NCBI GenBank assembly: GCA_902577905.1
Contig: CACHAQ010000001.1
Span: forward strand, 9,861 to 73,860
Origin: an uncultured Alphaproteobacteria bacterium
GTDB lineage: Bacteria; Pseudomonadota; Alphaproteobacteria; HIMB59; GCA-002718135
Length of the DNA stretch: 64,000 nucleotides
Reading direction: 5' to 3'
Positions 1 to 9,154 of the stretch are shown piece after piece. The translations under genes were made by a program, and so were the position numbers. The notes under the pieces are model-generated. The model was not told the DNA's origin and ran no database searches. It worked only from the letters and a program-made list of their open reading frames with translations. Numbering within the stretch: position 1 is the first letter of the stretch; every line of letters starts with the position of its first letter.

Positions 1-366
1 GATCAATGGCATCATGGCTTATCAACTTTAGTAATGACCTGTAGATCATATGGCTTAAGAGCAATAGACGGACCCTTTGGAGACTTTAATGACAAACAAG
101 GATATCTTGATGCAGCAAAAAGAGCGGCAGCAATTGGTTTTGAGGGTAAATGGGCAATACATCCATCGCAAATAGATTTAGCTAATGAAGTTTTTTCTCC
201 ACCCAAAGAAGAAATAGATAAAGCAAAAAGAATATTATTAGAATTGGAAAAGGCAGCAGCTGAAGGAAAGGGTGCTGCTCAGCTTGATGGAAGAATGATC
301 GATGCTGCATCTGCTAGAATGGCTGAAAATGTTGTAAATATTAATAAGTTAATTGAAAGTAAGTAA
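1..366 (+). CDS. mcl: Malyl-CoA lyase (HpcH/HpaI aldolase/citrate lyase family), 5'-truncated by window edge
   Basis: Frame open from base 1 (DQWHHGLSTLVMTCR...); motifs AIDGPFGDF, GFEGKWAIHPSQI, GRMIDAAS; directly upstream of mtkAB. Confidence 0.85.
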   Translation, partial: DQWHHGLSTLVMTCRSYGLRAIDGPFGDFNDKQGYLDAAKRAAAIGFEGKWAIHPSQIDLANEVFSPPKEEIDKAKRILLELEKAAAEGKGAAQLDGRMIDAASARMAENVVNINKLIESK

Positions 367-1526
367 TGGACATACACGAATATCAAGCAAAAAAAATATT
401 GTCCGATTTTGGAGTTAAAATTCCCACTGGTGGTATTGTTTATAGTCCAGAAAATGCAGAAAATAAAGCGAGAGAAATTGGTGGTTCAAAATGGGTTGTA
501 AAAGCGCAAGTTCACTCTGGTGCTAGAGGTAAAGCGGGAGGAATTATAATATGTAATTCTCCGTTAGAAGTTGCTGATGCAACTGATAAATTGTTAGGTA
601 AAAAATTAATTACAAACCAAACTGGTCCAGAGGGTAAGATAATAAATAGAATTTATATTGAAGAAGCAACTGATATCAAACATGAATTATATTTAGGTTT
701 AGTGTTTGATAGATCTTCAGAAAGTATAATGGTTGTAGCCTCAACAGAAGGTGGAATGAGTGTCGAAGAAATTTCAAAAGAAAAACCTGAAACAATTATA
801 CGATCTAAAATTGAAGTAGCAGTTGGTATTCAACAATTTCAAGCAAGAGAAATAGCTTTTGGTTTAGGAATTGAATCCAAATTGATCTCAAGAGCAGCAA
901 ATACAATTATTGGTTGTTATAAAGCTTTTAGTGAGCTTGATGCAACAATGGTTGAAGTTAATCCATTAGTTGTATCACACCAAGATGAAATACTAGCATT
1001 AGATTGTAAAATGAGTTTTGATAATAATGCAATGTTTAGAAGAGATGAAATTGCAGAACTTAGAGATAAAACACAAGAAAATTCAAATGAAGTTTATGCT
1101 TCTGACAGAGGAATGAATTATGTAAGTCTAGATGGGAATATTGGTAATATTATTAATGGTGCAGGCTTAGCAATGGCTTCAATGGATATGATAAAACTTG
1201 CTGGTGGTGAACCTGCAAATTTTTTAGATGTTGGCGGAGGTGCAACACCTGAAAAAATAGTTAAAGCTTTTAAATTAATCTCTATGGACACAAAAGTTAA
1301 GGTGATATTAGTTAATATCTTTGCAGGGATTAACAGATGTGATTGGGTTGCAGAAGGAATTGTTCAAGCTTTATCAAAAATTGAAATTAAACATCCTTTA
1401 GTTATACGTTTAGCTGGAACTAACGTCGAAAAGGGAAATGAAATACTTAAAAAAAGCAATATAAATTACATTGAAGCATCAACTTTAGAAGATGCAGCAA
1501 ATAAAGCAGTGAAGGCTCTTGGATAA
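366..1526 (+). CDS. mtkA: Malate--CoA ligase (malate thiokinase) beta subunit, SucC family
   Basis: MDIHEYQAK, KAQVHSGARGKAGG, NGAGLAMA, NIFAGINRCDWVAEG (Mtk-type rather than SucC NIFGGIxRCD); TAATG coupling to mcl. Confidence 0.85.
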   Translation: MDIHEYQAKKILSDFGVKIPTGGIVYSPENAENKAREIGGSKWVVKAQVHSGARGKAGGIIICNSPLEVADATDKLLGKKLITNQTGPEGKIINRIYIEEATDIKHELYLGLVFDRSSESIMVVASTEGGMSVEEISKEKPETIIRSKIEVAVGIQQFQAREIAFGLGIESKLISRAANTIIGCYKAFSELDATMVEVNPLVVSHQDEILALDCKMSFDNNAMFRRDEIAELRDKTQENSNEVYASDRGMNYVSLDGNIGNIINGAGLAMASMDMIKLAGGEPANFLDVGGGATPEKIVKAFKLISMDTKVKVILVNIFAGINRCDWVAEGIVQALSKIEIKHPLVIRLAGTNVEKGNEILKKSNINYIEASTLEDAANKAVKALG

Positions 1527-1528
1527 TC

Positions 1529-2425
1529 ATGTCTATAATCATTCACAAAAATACAAAGATTTTAGTCCAAGGATTCACTGGAAAAATTGGAAGTTTTCAT
1601 GCTGAAGAAATGATTAAGTATGGTTCTAACGTTGTTGGCGGGGTAACACCTGGAAAGGGTGGCATGACTCATTTAAATCTTCCTGTTTTTAATACTGTTA
1701 AAGAAGCTGTAGATCAAACTGGAGCATCAACATCAATTTTATTTGTTCCACCAGCCTTCGCAGCTGACTCAGCAATGGAAGCTGCTGATGCAGGTATTAA
1801 GACCTGTGTGGCTATTACTGACGGTATTCCTTCACATGATATGGTTAAAATAAAAAGATACATGAGAAGATATCCAAAAGATAAAAAAATGGGATTAGTA
1901 GGTCCGAATTGTGCAGGAATAATTAGCCCTGGTAAATCTATGTTAGGTATTATGCCTGGTCATATCTACAAAGAAGGTAAAATAGGAATAGTTAGTAGAT
2001 CTGGCACTTTGGGATATGAAGCTGCACAACAACTTAAAGATTTGGAAATTGGTGTTTCAACAAGTGTAGGTATAGGAGGCGATCCAATAAATGGAAGTTC
2101 TTTTAGAGATATAATTGAAAAGTTTGAAAATGATGATGAAACTATTGCAGTTTTAATGATAGGTGAAATAGGTGGTCCACAAGAAGTTGAAGCTGGAAAA
2201 TTTGCTAAAGAAAATATGAGTAAACCGGTAATTGCGTATATAGCAGGACTAACTGCACCAAAAGGTCGTGTGATGGGGCATGCTGGCGCAATTGTTTCTG
2301 CTTATGGTGAAAGTGCAATAGAAAAAGTAGAACTTCTTAAAGAGTGTGGGGTTACAATTTCCAAAAACCCTTCTGTAATGGGTGAAACTGTTAAAAAAGT
2401 ATTAGTAGAAAATAATTTGAATTAA
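1529..2425 (+). CDS. mtkB: Malate--CoA ligase alpha subunit, SucD family
   Basis: QGFTGKIGSFH, GPNCAG, SRSGTLGYE, MGHAGA phospho-His motif; follows mtkA. Confidence 0.85.
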   Translation: MSIIIHKNTKILVQGFTGKIGSFHAEEMIKYGSNVVGGVTPGKGGMTHLNLPVFNTVKEAVDQTGASTSILFVPPAFAADSAMEAADAGIKTCVAITDGIPSHDMVKIKRYMRRYPKDKKMGLVGPNCAGIISPGKSMLGIMPGHIYKEGKIGIVSRSGTLGYEAAQQLKDLEIGVSTSVGIGGDPINGSSFRDIIEKFENDDETIAVLMIGEIGGPQEVEAGKFAKENMSKPVIAYIAGLTAPKGRVMGHAGAIVSAYGESAIEKVELLKECGVTISKNPSVMGETVKKVLVENNLN

Positions 2426-2440
2426 TATAATTAAAAAATA

Positions 2441-2578
2441 ATGAAATTTTTATATAAAAATGAATTCTGGATGTTAATATTTTCTCTAGGTGTTCTTTAT
2501 TGGTTATTTAATCCATCAGTCTTAACAACCTTAGTTATGATTGTACCATTGCTATTGGCCGTTTCCTCCCGTAAATAA
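2441..2578 (+). CDS. Putative 45-aa small membrane protein (not in ORF track)
   Basis: ATG..TAA, MKFLYKNEFWMLIFSLGVLYWLFNPSVLTTLVMIVPLLLAVSSRK; fills an otherwise empty gap after mtkB. Confidence 0.55.
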   Translation: MKFLYKNEFWMLIFSLGVLYWLFNPSVLTTLVMIVPLLLAVSSRK

Positions 2579-2632
2579 AGCTAAGTTTTATACTACTGAT
2601 GCTTGAATGTTTATCGTATTTATAGCTAAAAA

Positions 2633-3196
2633 ATGAAATTATATCTTATTAGACATGCAGAGTCAGAAGCTAATGCAGCATCAGATTTAGATAATCCAAC
2701 TTATTATTATGATGCAAGAATTACTCAAAGAGGAGTTCAGCAAGCAAAAAAATTAAATAATAGAATTAAAAATCTCAAATTTGATAATTATTTTTGTTCC
2801 CCCTTAACAAGAACATTGGAAACATTCTCTATTGTTTTTCCATCTAATAAACCGGTAATTGAACCATTAATAAGAGAACATTTGTATCACTCATGTGATG
2901 TAGGAAGACAACCAAAAAAATTAAAAAAAGAATTTAATGATTTTGATTTTAATAATTTAAATGATTTTTGGTGGAATAATAACAAACCTATTAATGAAAA
3001 AAAAATTATACAAGAGTCTCACAATGATATTAAAATTAGATTAAGGTCTTTTCTGCTATCTATTAAAAACCTTAATTTACAAAAAATTGTATTAGTCAGT
3101 CACGGTACATTCTTAAGTCAAATAACTGAATATATGCTGGATAACTGTGAGGTATATGATTGTGAGTACAATGAGGTATACGAAAAATTTTTTTAA
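2633..3196 (+). CDS. Histidine phosphatase (phosphoglycerate mutase-like) family protein
   Basis: LIRHAES, SPLTRTLET, LVSHG motifs. Confidence 0.85.
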   Translation: MKLYLIRHAESEANAASDLDNPTYYYDARITQRGVQQAKKLNNRIKNLKFDNYFCSPLTRTLETFSIVFPSNKPVIEPLIREHLYHSCDVGRQPKKLKKEFNDFDFNNLNDFWWNNNKPINEKKIIQESHNDIKIRLRSFLLSIKNLNLQKIVLVSHGTFLSQITEYMLDNCEVYDCEYNEVYEKFF

Positions 3197-3219
3197 TTTA
3201 ATTCTTGATAAATAAAAAT

Positions 3220-3972
3220 CTAAAACATTTCATTTATTATTTTATTTAATTTTTGTGTTACTCTATCAATTATTTTTTTTCCTATCTGTGCATTGGATTT
3301 TCTAGGATCTCCAATAATTCCACTTTTACTTAATTCTTTAGTTACCCAAGCTTTCTTAATATTTTTCTCATAAGAAATGGTTTTAGATGATAAATAATCG
3401 GAAGATAATCTATGTTTAGAAATTTTAGATAGCCTAACTAGGTTTGGAAATAAATATAACATAATAGATGTTTCAAATTCTCCACCGTGATAACCAAAGT
3501 CTTTTTCTTTACTTGATATAATTCCTTTAAATTGATCAAATAAAAAATATGTGCCTTTTACTATGTTTATCTTAAATTCTGATTTCAATTCTTTAGCAAT
3601 AATATCTATATGGCTAATTTGTCCACCATGACTATTTAAAAGTAATATGTTTTTAAATTTCAATTTACATACATTTTCTATAATTGACAAAGAGTGCGAT
3701 ATAAATTCCAATGAATCAATACTTATTGTTCCATCAAAATCTGTATGTTCAGCAGCTGAACCAAAATATATTTCAGGCATAATTAAATATTTATTTGAAT
3801 TATATTTTTTATTGAATTCTAATAATATTCCTTCAAGAATTTTTTTATCAGTATTTAATGGAAGATGCGGACCGTGTTGTTCTATTGATGAAAATGGGAA
3901 AATTAAAACTGTTTTTCTATTTATTTTTTTAATTTCATATGTTGTTAATTCTTCCCAAAAGTTTGTTAGCAT
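3220..3972 (-). CDS. Creatininase-family amidohydrolase (formamidopyrimidine deformylase-like)
   Basis: SIEQHGPHLPLNTD, EH, NSHGGQ, HGGEFETS, SGIIGDP; likely start MLTNFWEE at 3972 (track start 3987). Confidence 0.85.
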   Translation of the reverse strand: MLTNFWEELTTYEIKKINRKTVLIFPFSSIEQHGPHLPLNTDKKILEGILLEFNKKYNSNKYLIMPEIYFGSAAEHTDFDGTISIDSLEFISHSLSIIENVCKLKFKNILLLNSHGGQISHIDIIAKELKSEFKINIVKGTYFLFDQFKGIISSKEKDFGYHGGEFETSIMLYLFPNLVRLSKISKHRLSSDYLSSKTISYEKNIKKAWVTKELSKSGIIGDPRKSNAQIGKKIIDRVTQKLNKIINEMF

Positions 3973-4000
3973 TTTTTTATTATACATTTATAAGTAAATT

Positions 4001-4960
4001 ATGAAATCTTATTCTTTATGGATTGATAAAAAAAAACAAGCTAAAATTTATCAAAAAAAACTTGTTTACAATAAAAATAACAAAACAGTTTTAGTTAAAA
4101 CTATTTACTCAGGTATTAGCAAGGGAACTGAAAAATTAGTTTCATCTAAAAGCGTAAGTAAGGATCAATTTGAATTAATGAAAGCCCCTTTTCAAGAGGG
4201 TTCTTTTAATTTACCTATAAAATACGGTTATATAAATGTTGGGAATATTGTCGATGGCCCAAGGAAATATATAAATAAAAAAATATTTAGTCTTTATCCT
4301 CATCAAGATTTATATGAAATTTCTATTCAAAATTTAATTTTTTTACCAAAAGGAAATTTGAGAAAATATGTTCTAACTGCAAATATGGAAACAGCAATTA
4401 ATATCTTTTGGGACGCACAATCTAAAAGTAATAACAAAATTCTAATTGTAGGACTTGGCTCTGTAGGATTATTAACTGCATTTTTTTTTAAAATTAATGG
4501 ATATAAAAATGTCTATGTTTTTGATAATAATAAAAATAAAAGAAAAATTGCCAACTATTTAGGATTAAATTTTATTGATATAATAAAGATTGAGAAAATA
4601 GATGTAGCAATAAACACTACAGCTAATTATAAAGTTCTAAATTCTTTAATGGAAAAATTATCTATCGAAGGAAAAATAGTAGAAGCTAGTTGGTATGGTA
4701 AAAATAAAGGAGAAGTTGCCTTAGGTGGGTATTTTCATTCTAAAAGATTAAAAATTATTAGCTCACAGGTATCTAAAATACCAAAATACATGAAAAATAA
4801 ATATGATTTTGAGGGGAGATTAAAATTAGCAATTAAATCTTTAAAAAATTCAAAATTAGAAAAATTAATTACTAGTGAAAGTAATTTTTTTGATTTAGAA
4901 AAAGATTACTATAAAATCCTTCAAAATAAAGATACAATAATGCATCTAGTTAAATATTAA
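4001..4960 (+). CDS. MDR-superfamily (alcohol dehydrogenase-like) oxidoreductase lacking catalytic Zn ligands
   Basis: YSGISKGTE, PIKYGY in place of GHE, GLGSVG Rossmann motif, EASWYG, FHSKRLKIISSQV. Confidence 0.8.
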   Translation: MKSYSLWIDKKKQAKIYQKKLVYNKNNKTVLVKTIYSGISKGTEKLVSSKSVSKDQFELMKAPFQEGSFNLPIKYGYINVGNIVDGPRKYINKKIFSLYPHQDLYEISIQNLIFLPKGNLRKYVLTANMETAINIFWDAQSKSNNKILIVGLGSVGLLTAFFFKINGYKNVYVFDNNKNKRKIANYLGLNFIDIIKIEKIDVAINTTANYKVLNSLMEKLSIEGKIVEASWYGKNKGEVALGGYFHSKRLKIISSQVSKIPKYMKNKYDFEGRLKLAIKSLKNSKLEKLITSESNFFDLEKDYYKILQNKDTIMHLVKY

Positions 4961-4962
4961 TT

Positions 4963-5361
4963 ATGTATTCGATAAAAGTAAGAGAAAATATTCTAATAGC
5001 TCATTCTTTACCTGGAGAAGTATTTGGACCAGCCCAAAATATGCATGGAGCTACATATTTAGTAGATGCAGAATTTTTCACTGATAAACTTAATAAATAC
5101 AATATAATTATGGATTTAGGAATAGTGTCCACGACTTTAAAAGATATTCTTAAAATATATAATTATCAAAATTTAGATGAGATTGATGAATTTAAGGGAA
5201 AAATTACCTCAACAGAGTTTTTAGCAGAGGATATTTGCAATAAGATCTTGAATAGACTAAGAAATGAATTCTCTGAAGATTACAAATCTTTAAAAAAAAT
5301 TAAAATAACTTTGCAAGAATCAAATGTTGCATGGGCATCATATGAAAAAGAGGTTATCTAA
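4963..5361 (+). CDS. 6-pyruvoyl-tetrahydropterin synthase/QueD family T-fold protein (PTPS-IV type)
   Basis: AHSL...FGPAQNMHGATY, NLDE, TSTEFLA, LQES; no catalytic Cys before HG. Confidence 0.85.
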   Translation: MYSIKVRENILIAHSLPGEVFGPAQNMHGATYLVDAEFFTDKLNKYNIIMDLGIVSTTLKDILKIYNYQNLDEIDEFKGKITSTEFLAEDICNKILNRLRNEFSEDYKSLKKIKITLQESNVAWASYEKEVI

Positions 5362-6388
5362 AAATAAATCTTATATTTATTTTGTTTATCCAGGAAATAT
5401 TAATGCAAAAACTGGAGGATATATTTATGAAAAAAATATCCTAGAATATGCAAAGATAAGGGATATAAATATTAGACCAATTGCGCTAAGTGAAAATTAT
5501 CCTTTTCCTAGAAATAACGATATAAAATATTTTCTAAAAATTTTAGATAAAATTGATCCTGACTCTAAAATTATAATCGATGGATTAGCTTTAGAAGGAA
5601 TGTATTCCATTTTTAAAAAAATACTTACTTATAATGTTATCGCGCTAATACATCATCCTTTATATCTTGAATTTAAAGGTCAAAGGTCAAAAAAATTCTT
5701 GAGATTAGAAAAAGAAAATTTCAAAAAAATAAATAAATTTATTGTTACATCTAAAAATACAAAAAATTTATTAATAAATGAATTTAAGGTTCTAAATAAT
5801 AAAATATCTGTAGTTGAACCTGGGATAGAAAGACTAGCAAATTATAATTTTAAAAATAATAGTAAAATTCATCTTTTAACATGTGGAAGTATAATAAATA
5901 GAAAAAATTATCTTTTTTTATTAAAAGTTTTAAAGCCTTTAGATAATTTTATTTTAGAAATTGTTGGTGATACCACAAGAGATATAGGTTATTACAAAAA
6001 ACTCAAAAAATTTATTTCTAAAAATTCAATGAACAGAAAAATAATATTCCACGGTACTATTTCAGATACAAAATTAGCAAAATTATATTCTAAAACAGAT
6101 TGTTACATTTCGGTAAGTAAATATGAAGGTTTTGGAATGTCTTTAGCAAATGCATTAATAATTAAAAAGCCAATTATAACCTTTTTTACAAATACTATCT
6201 TAAATACACTAGGAAAAAAGGGTGTTATTTATTTCAAAAAATTTGAAGTAAATGATCTTAGAAATATAATTATTAAAAATATATTAAATAAAAAAAATTT
6301 TAATAAACTAAATATTGATATTAAAAAAAATAAAAGATATCTTCTTACTCCTCTAGAGTCAGCTAAGAAATTTTTTAATTTAATTTAA
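5342..6388 (+). CDS. Glycosyltransferase family 4 (GT-B)
   Basis: TGGYIYE, IIDGLA, IHHPL, RKNY, YEGFGMSLANA; start 5342 or 5324. Confidence 0.85.
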   Translation: MKKRLSKNKSYIYFVYPGNINAKTGGYIYEKNILEYAKIRDINIRPIALSENYPFPRNNDIKYFLKILDKIDPDSKIIIDGLALEGMYSIFKKILTYNVIALIHHPLYLEFKGQRSKKFLRLEKENFKKINKFIVTSKNTKNLLINEFKVLNNKISVVEPGIERLANYNFKNNSKIHLLTCGSIINRKNYLFLLKVLKPLDNFILEIVGDTTRDIGYYKKLKKFISKNSMNRKIIFHGTISDTKLAKLYSKTDCYISVSKYEGFGMSLANALIIKKPIITFFTNTILNTLGKKGVIYFKKFEVNDLRNIIIKNILNKKNFNKLNIDIKKNKRYLLTPLESAKKFFNLI

Positions 6389-6389
6389 T

Positions 6390-7178
6390 ATGCATGAATT
6401 TCAAAATAAATGGTTAAATCTTAGAGAAACTGTCGATAGAAATTCAAGAAACAAAAGCATACTATATTTAATTAATAAATTTTTTAAAAATAAAAAAAAT
6501 ATTAGAATAATTGATTTGGGTTCAGGCGCTGGATCCAATTATAGATTTCTTAAGTCACGATTATTAAATAATCAATATTGGTCTTTTGTAGACATATCAC
6601 ATCAATCAACAAATTATTTTAAAGAAAATATAAAATTATCTTCTAAAATAAAAAAAACTAATTTTAAAATTGTTGATGTAATTAATAATTTAGAAAAAAT
6701 AAATTTTAATGATTATAATTTAGTTACAGGATCTGCTTTTTTAGATATTCTTCCAAAAATATGGTTCAAAAATTTTCATAAATTAAATCTTGATACGGAA
6801 ATTGTCTATTTTGCTTTAAATTATAACGGTAATTTTAAATTTTTTCCAAAACACAATGATGATAAAAAAATTCTTAATATATTTAATAAAGATCAAAAAT
6901 CTGACAAAGGAATAGGGGAATTGGCCGTTGGACCAGATTGTACTGAATTAATAAATAAATTATTTAAAAGAACTCACAAAACATATGTTTTAGACTCTAC
7001 ATGGGATGTTAGTAAAAATTATGAATTTCAAATTTATTTTTTAAATTTTTGTAGAGAAATTATTCAAAAAAATAAACTTAACTTTGATGATTGGTTACAA
7101 TTTCGTTTAAAAAGTATTAAAGAAAAAAATTCTAGATTTATTTTAAATAATACAGATTTTTTAGCTATTAAGAAATAA
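6390..7178 (+). CDS. Class I SAM-dependent methyltransferase-like protein
   Basis: WLNLRETVD N-terminus, IIDLGSGAGSN motif I, VTGSAFLDIL. Confidence 0.75.
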   Translation: MHEFQNKWLNLRETVDRNSRNKSILYLINKFFKNKKNIRIIDLGSGAGSNYRFLKSRLLNNQYWSFVDISHQSTNYFKENIKLSSKIKKTNFKIVDVINNLEKINFNDYNLVTGSAFLDILPKIWFKNFHKLNLDTEIVYFALNYNGNFKFFPKHNDDKKILNIFNKDQKSDKGIGELAVGPDCTELINKLFKRTHKTYVLDSTWDVSKNYEFQIYFLNFCREIIQKNKLNFDDWLQFRLKSIKEKNSRFILNNTDFLAIKK

Positions 7179-7994
7179 ATTAACAATAATTTCATTTTCT
7201 AATTCATTAAAATTATGTTTGGGTCTGATAGCTTTATTGAGATTTGAAATTTCTTTTAAATTTAATGAATTAATTCCAGAGCCTATTAATATTGGGGCAA
7301 TCATAAATTGAAGAATATCAATATATTTATTATTTATTAATTCTGAAATAGTTTTTGATCCTCCCTCTACTAAAATATTATTATATTTAAGTTTTTTTAT
7401 TTGCGTAATAAAGTTTTTAGTAAAATTTTTTTCTTTTAATCTTATTATTGTTGAATTATTCAATCTAATATTTTTATTACTTTTTGTAAAAATTATATTT
7501 TCATTACCGTCATTAAATATTTTATATTTGTTATTTAGCGAAAGACTGCCATCGATAATAATTCTTTTTGGATTTGTGCCCTTTATTTTTCTTGTTGTTA
7601 ATAGAGGATCGTCTTTTTTAATGGTATTTGAGCCTACAATAATTCCATCACTGATACTTCGTAAACAATGTAGATAAATAATACTCTTAGGATTATTTAT
7701 GTAATGTGAATTACCATTATTTAATGCAATTCTACCATCAATACTTTGTCCTATCTGAGCTAGAACTAATTTTTTGTTTTTTCTTAATATTGGGAGAAGG
7801 ATATTTAAGATTGATTGATAAAATTTACTTATATTAACTTTAGATACCAGATTATTATTTTTTATGTAAAAATTACTTTTTCTTTTTGATGACAAAGAAA
7901 TACTATTTTTTTTAACCAATAAATATAAATCACTATTCTTTTTAGAATTTTTTATAAAATCTAGTAAAATTCCTATATTTTTAGATGTAATCAT
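7161..7994 (-). CDS. RibD C-terminal-domain (pyrimidine reductase/DHFR-fold) protein without deaminase domain
   Basis: QIGQSIDGRIA, HCLRSISDGIIVG, DDPLLTTR, LVEGG, APILIGSG; no HAE/PCxxC deaminase motif. Confidence 0.85.
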   Translation of the reverse strand: MITSKNIGILLDFIKNSKKNSDLYLLVKKNSISLSSKRKSNFYIKNNNLVSKVNISKFYQSILNILLPILRKNKKLVLAQIGQSIDGRIALNNGNSHYINNPKSIIYLHCLRSISDGIIVGSNTIKKDDPLLTTRKIKGTNPKRIIIDGSLSLNNKYKIFNDGNENIIFTKSNKNIRLNNSTIIRLKEKNFTKNFITQIKKLKYNNILVEGGSKTISELINNKYIDILQFMIAPILIGSGINSLNLKEISNLNKAIRPKHNFNELENEIIVNLFLNS

Positions 7995-8030
7995 TTGTTT
8001 TTATTTCAATTATATCTATATAAAGTTTTC

Positions 8031-9152
8031 ATGAGTTTCAAATCTAATACAGGAACTATAATTGATAGGGCAATTAACGAACTCAGGACCGGAAGACCCT
8101 TAATAATACAAAATAACAAGGAATATTGGATGTTCTTTAATATAGAGCATTCCCAAAGTAAAATTTTTAATCAATTCAATAAGCACTTAATTGATGAAAA
8201 ATATCTACTTATTACTAAACAAAAAGCTCAATCAATTTTTAATAAGAATATTAAAAGTAATATTTATTTTGAGATAAATCCCAAAACAGATGTAAATCAA
8301 ATAATAAATTTATTTGTCAATCCTCTTAGCAATAATAAAGTAATTAAATTTACCAATATTAAAAAATTCAAATCTACAAATTTTCATAATGTTTGTATCG
8401 ATCTATCCAAAAATGCTAAAATGATACCATCGCTAGTTTTTAAAAAAATTAATAAAAAATATTACAAAAATATAAATGAATTTGGATTTAAGAATGGAAT
8501 TTTAATATTTGATTACAAAGATTTATTGAAGCAAAATGAATTAATTTGTGAAAGTATTAAATTAGTTTCTAGTGCAAAAGTTCCACTACCAAAAAATGAA
8601 AATTCTAATTTTAAAATATTCAAATCATATATTGGATCTGATAAACATGTAGCGATAATTGTTAATCCAAAAAAAATAAATAAAAAATCTGTTAATTTAA
8701 GAATACATTCAGCTTGTTTTACAGGTGATATTTTTCATTCTTTAAAATGTGATTGTGGTGAACAATTAAATCAATCAATCAATTACATGGTTAGAAATAA
8801 TGGTGGAATTATATTATATTTAGAACAAGAAGGTAGGGGAATAGGATTAGCTAATAAAATGAGAGCTTATTCTCTTCAAGCAAGGGGTATGGATACAATA
8901 GACGCCGATCATAATATTGGTTTTTTAGATGATGAAAGAGATTTTAATATTGCAGCTAGAATACTGAAATTATTAAAAATAAATAAAGTTAATCTTATTA
9001 CAAACAACAAAAATAAAATTAATTCTATTAAGAAAGCTGGAATTAAAGTCGAAAATCAAATAAATACAAAGCCAACATTAAATAAATTTAATAAAAATTA
9101 TTTTAAAACAAGAGTTAAAAAAGCTGGTTACGGTCTTAAACTAGTAGTATAA
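8031..9152 (+). CDS. ribA: GTP cyclohydrolase II with degenerate RibB-like N-terminal domain
   Basis: RIHSACFTGDIFHSLKCDCGEQL (three Zn Cys), QEGRGIGLANKMRAY, DERDF, LITNN; N-terminus RAINELRTGRP lacks the DHBP-synthase RENEGD motif; ATG at 8031. Confidence 0.9.
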   Translation: MSFKSNTGTIIDRAINELRTGRPLIIQNNKEYWMFFNIEHSQSKIFNQFNKHLIDEKYLLITKQKAQSIFNKNIKSNIYFEINPKTDVNQIINLFVNPLSNNKVIKFTNIKKFKSTNFHNVCIDLSKNAKMIPSLVFKKINKKYYKNINEFGFKNGILIFDYKDLLKQNELICESIKLVSSAKVPLPKNENSNFKIFKSYIGSDKHVAIIVNPKKINKKSVNLRIHSACFTGDIFHSLKCDCGEQLNQSINYMVRNNGGIILYLEQEGRGIGLANKMRAYSLQARGMDTIDADHNIGFLDDERDFNIAARILKLLKINKVNLITNNKNKINSIKKAGIKVENQINTKPTLNKFNKNYFKTRVKKAGYGLKLVV

Positions 9153-9154
9153 TT

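Noticed and set aside
366-2425. Calling the ligase pair TCA-cycle sucCD
   Set aside because: Adjacent malyl-CoA lyase, no sucAB/mdh context, and the NIFAGINRCDW motif favour malate thiokinase
4963-5361. Queuosine or 7-deazaguanine DNA-modification (dpd) system
   Set aside because: No folE, queC, queE, tgt or dpdA nearby and the QueD CxxxHGH motif is absent
7161-9152. Ordinary riboflavin operon or FMN riboswitch
   Set aside because: No ribE/ribH, no deaminase domain, dead RibB domain, and only 36 bp of intergenic space
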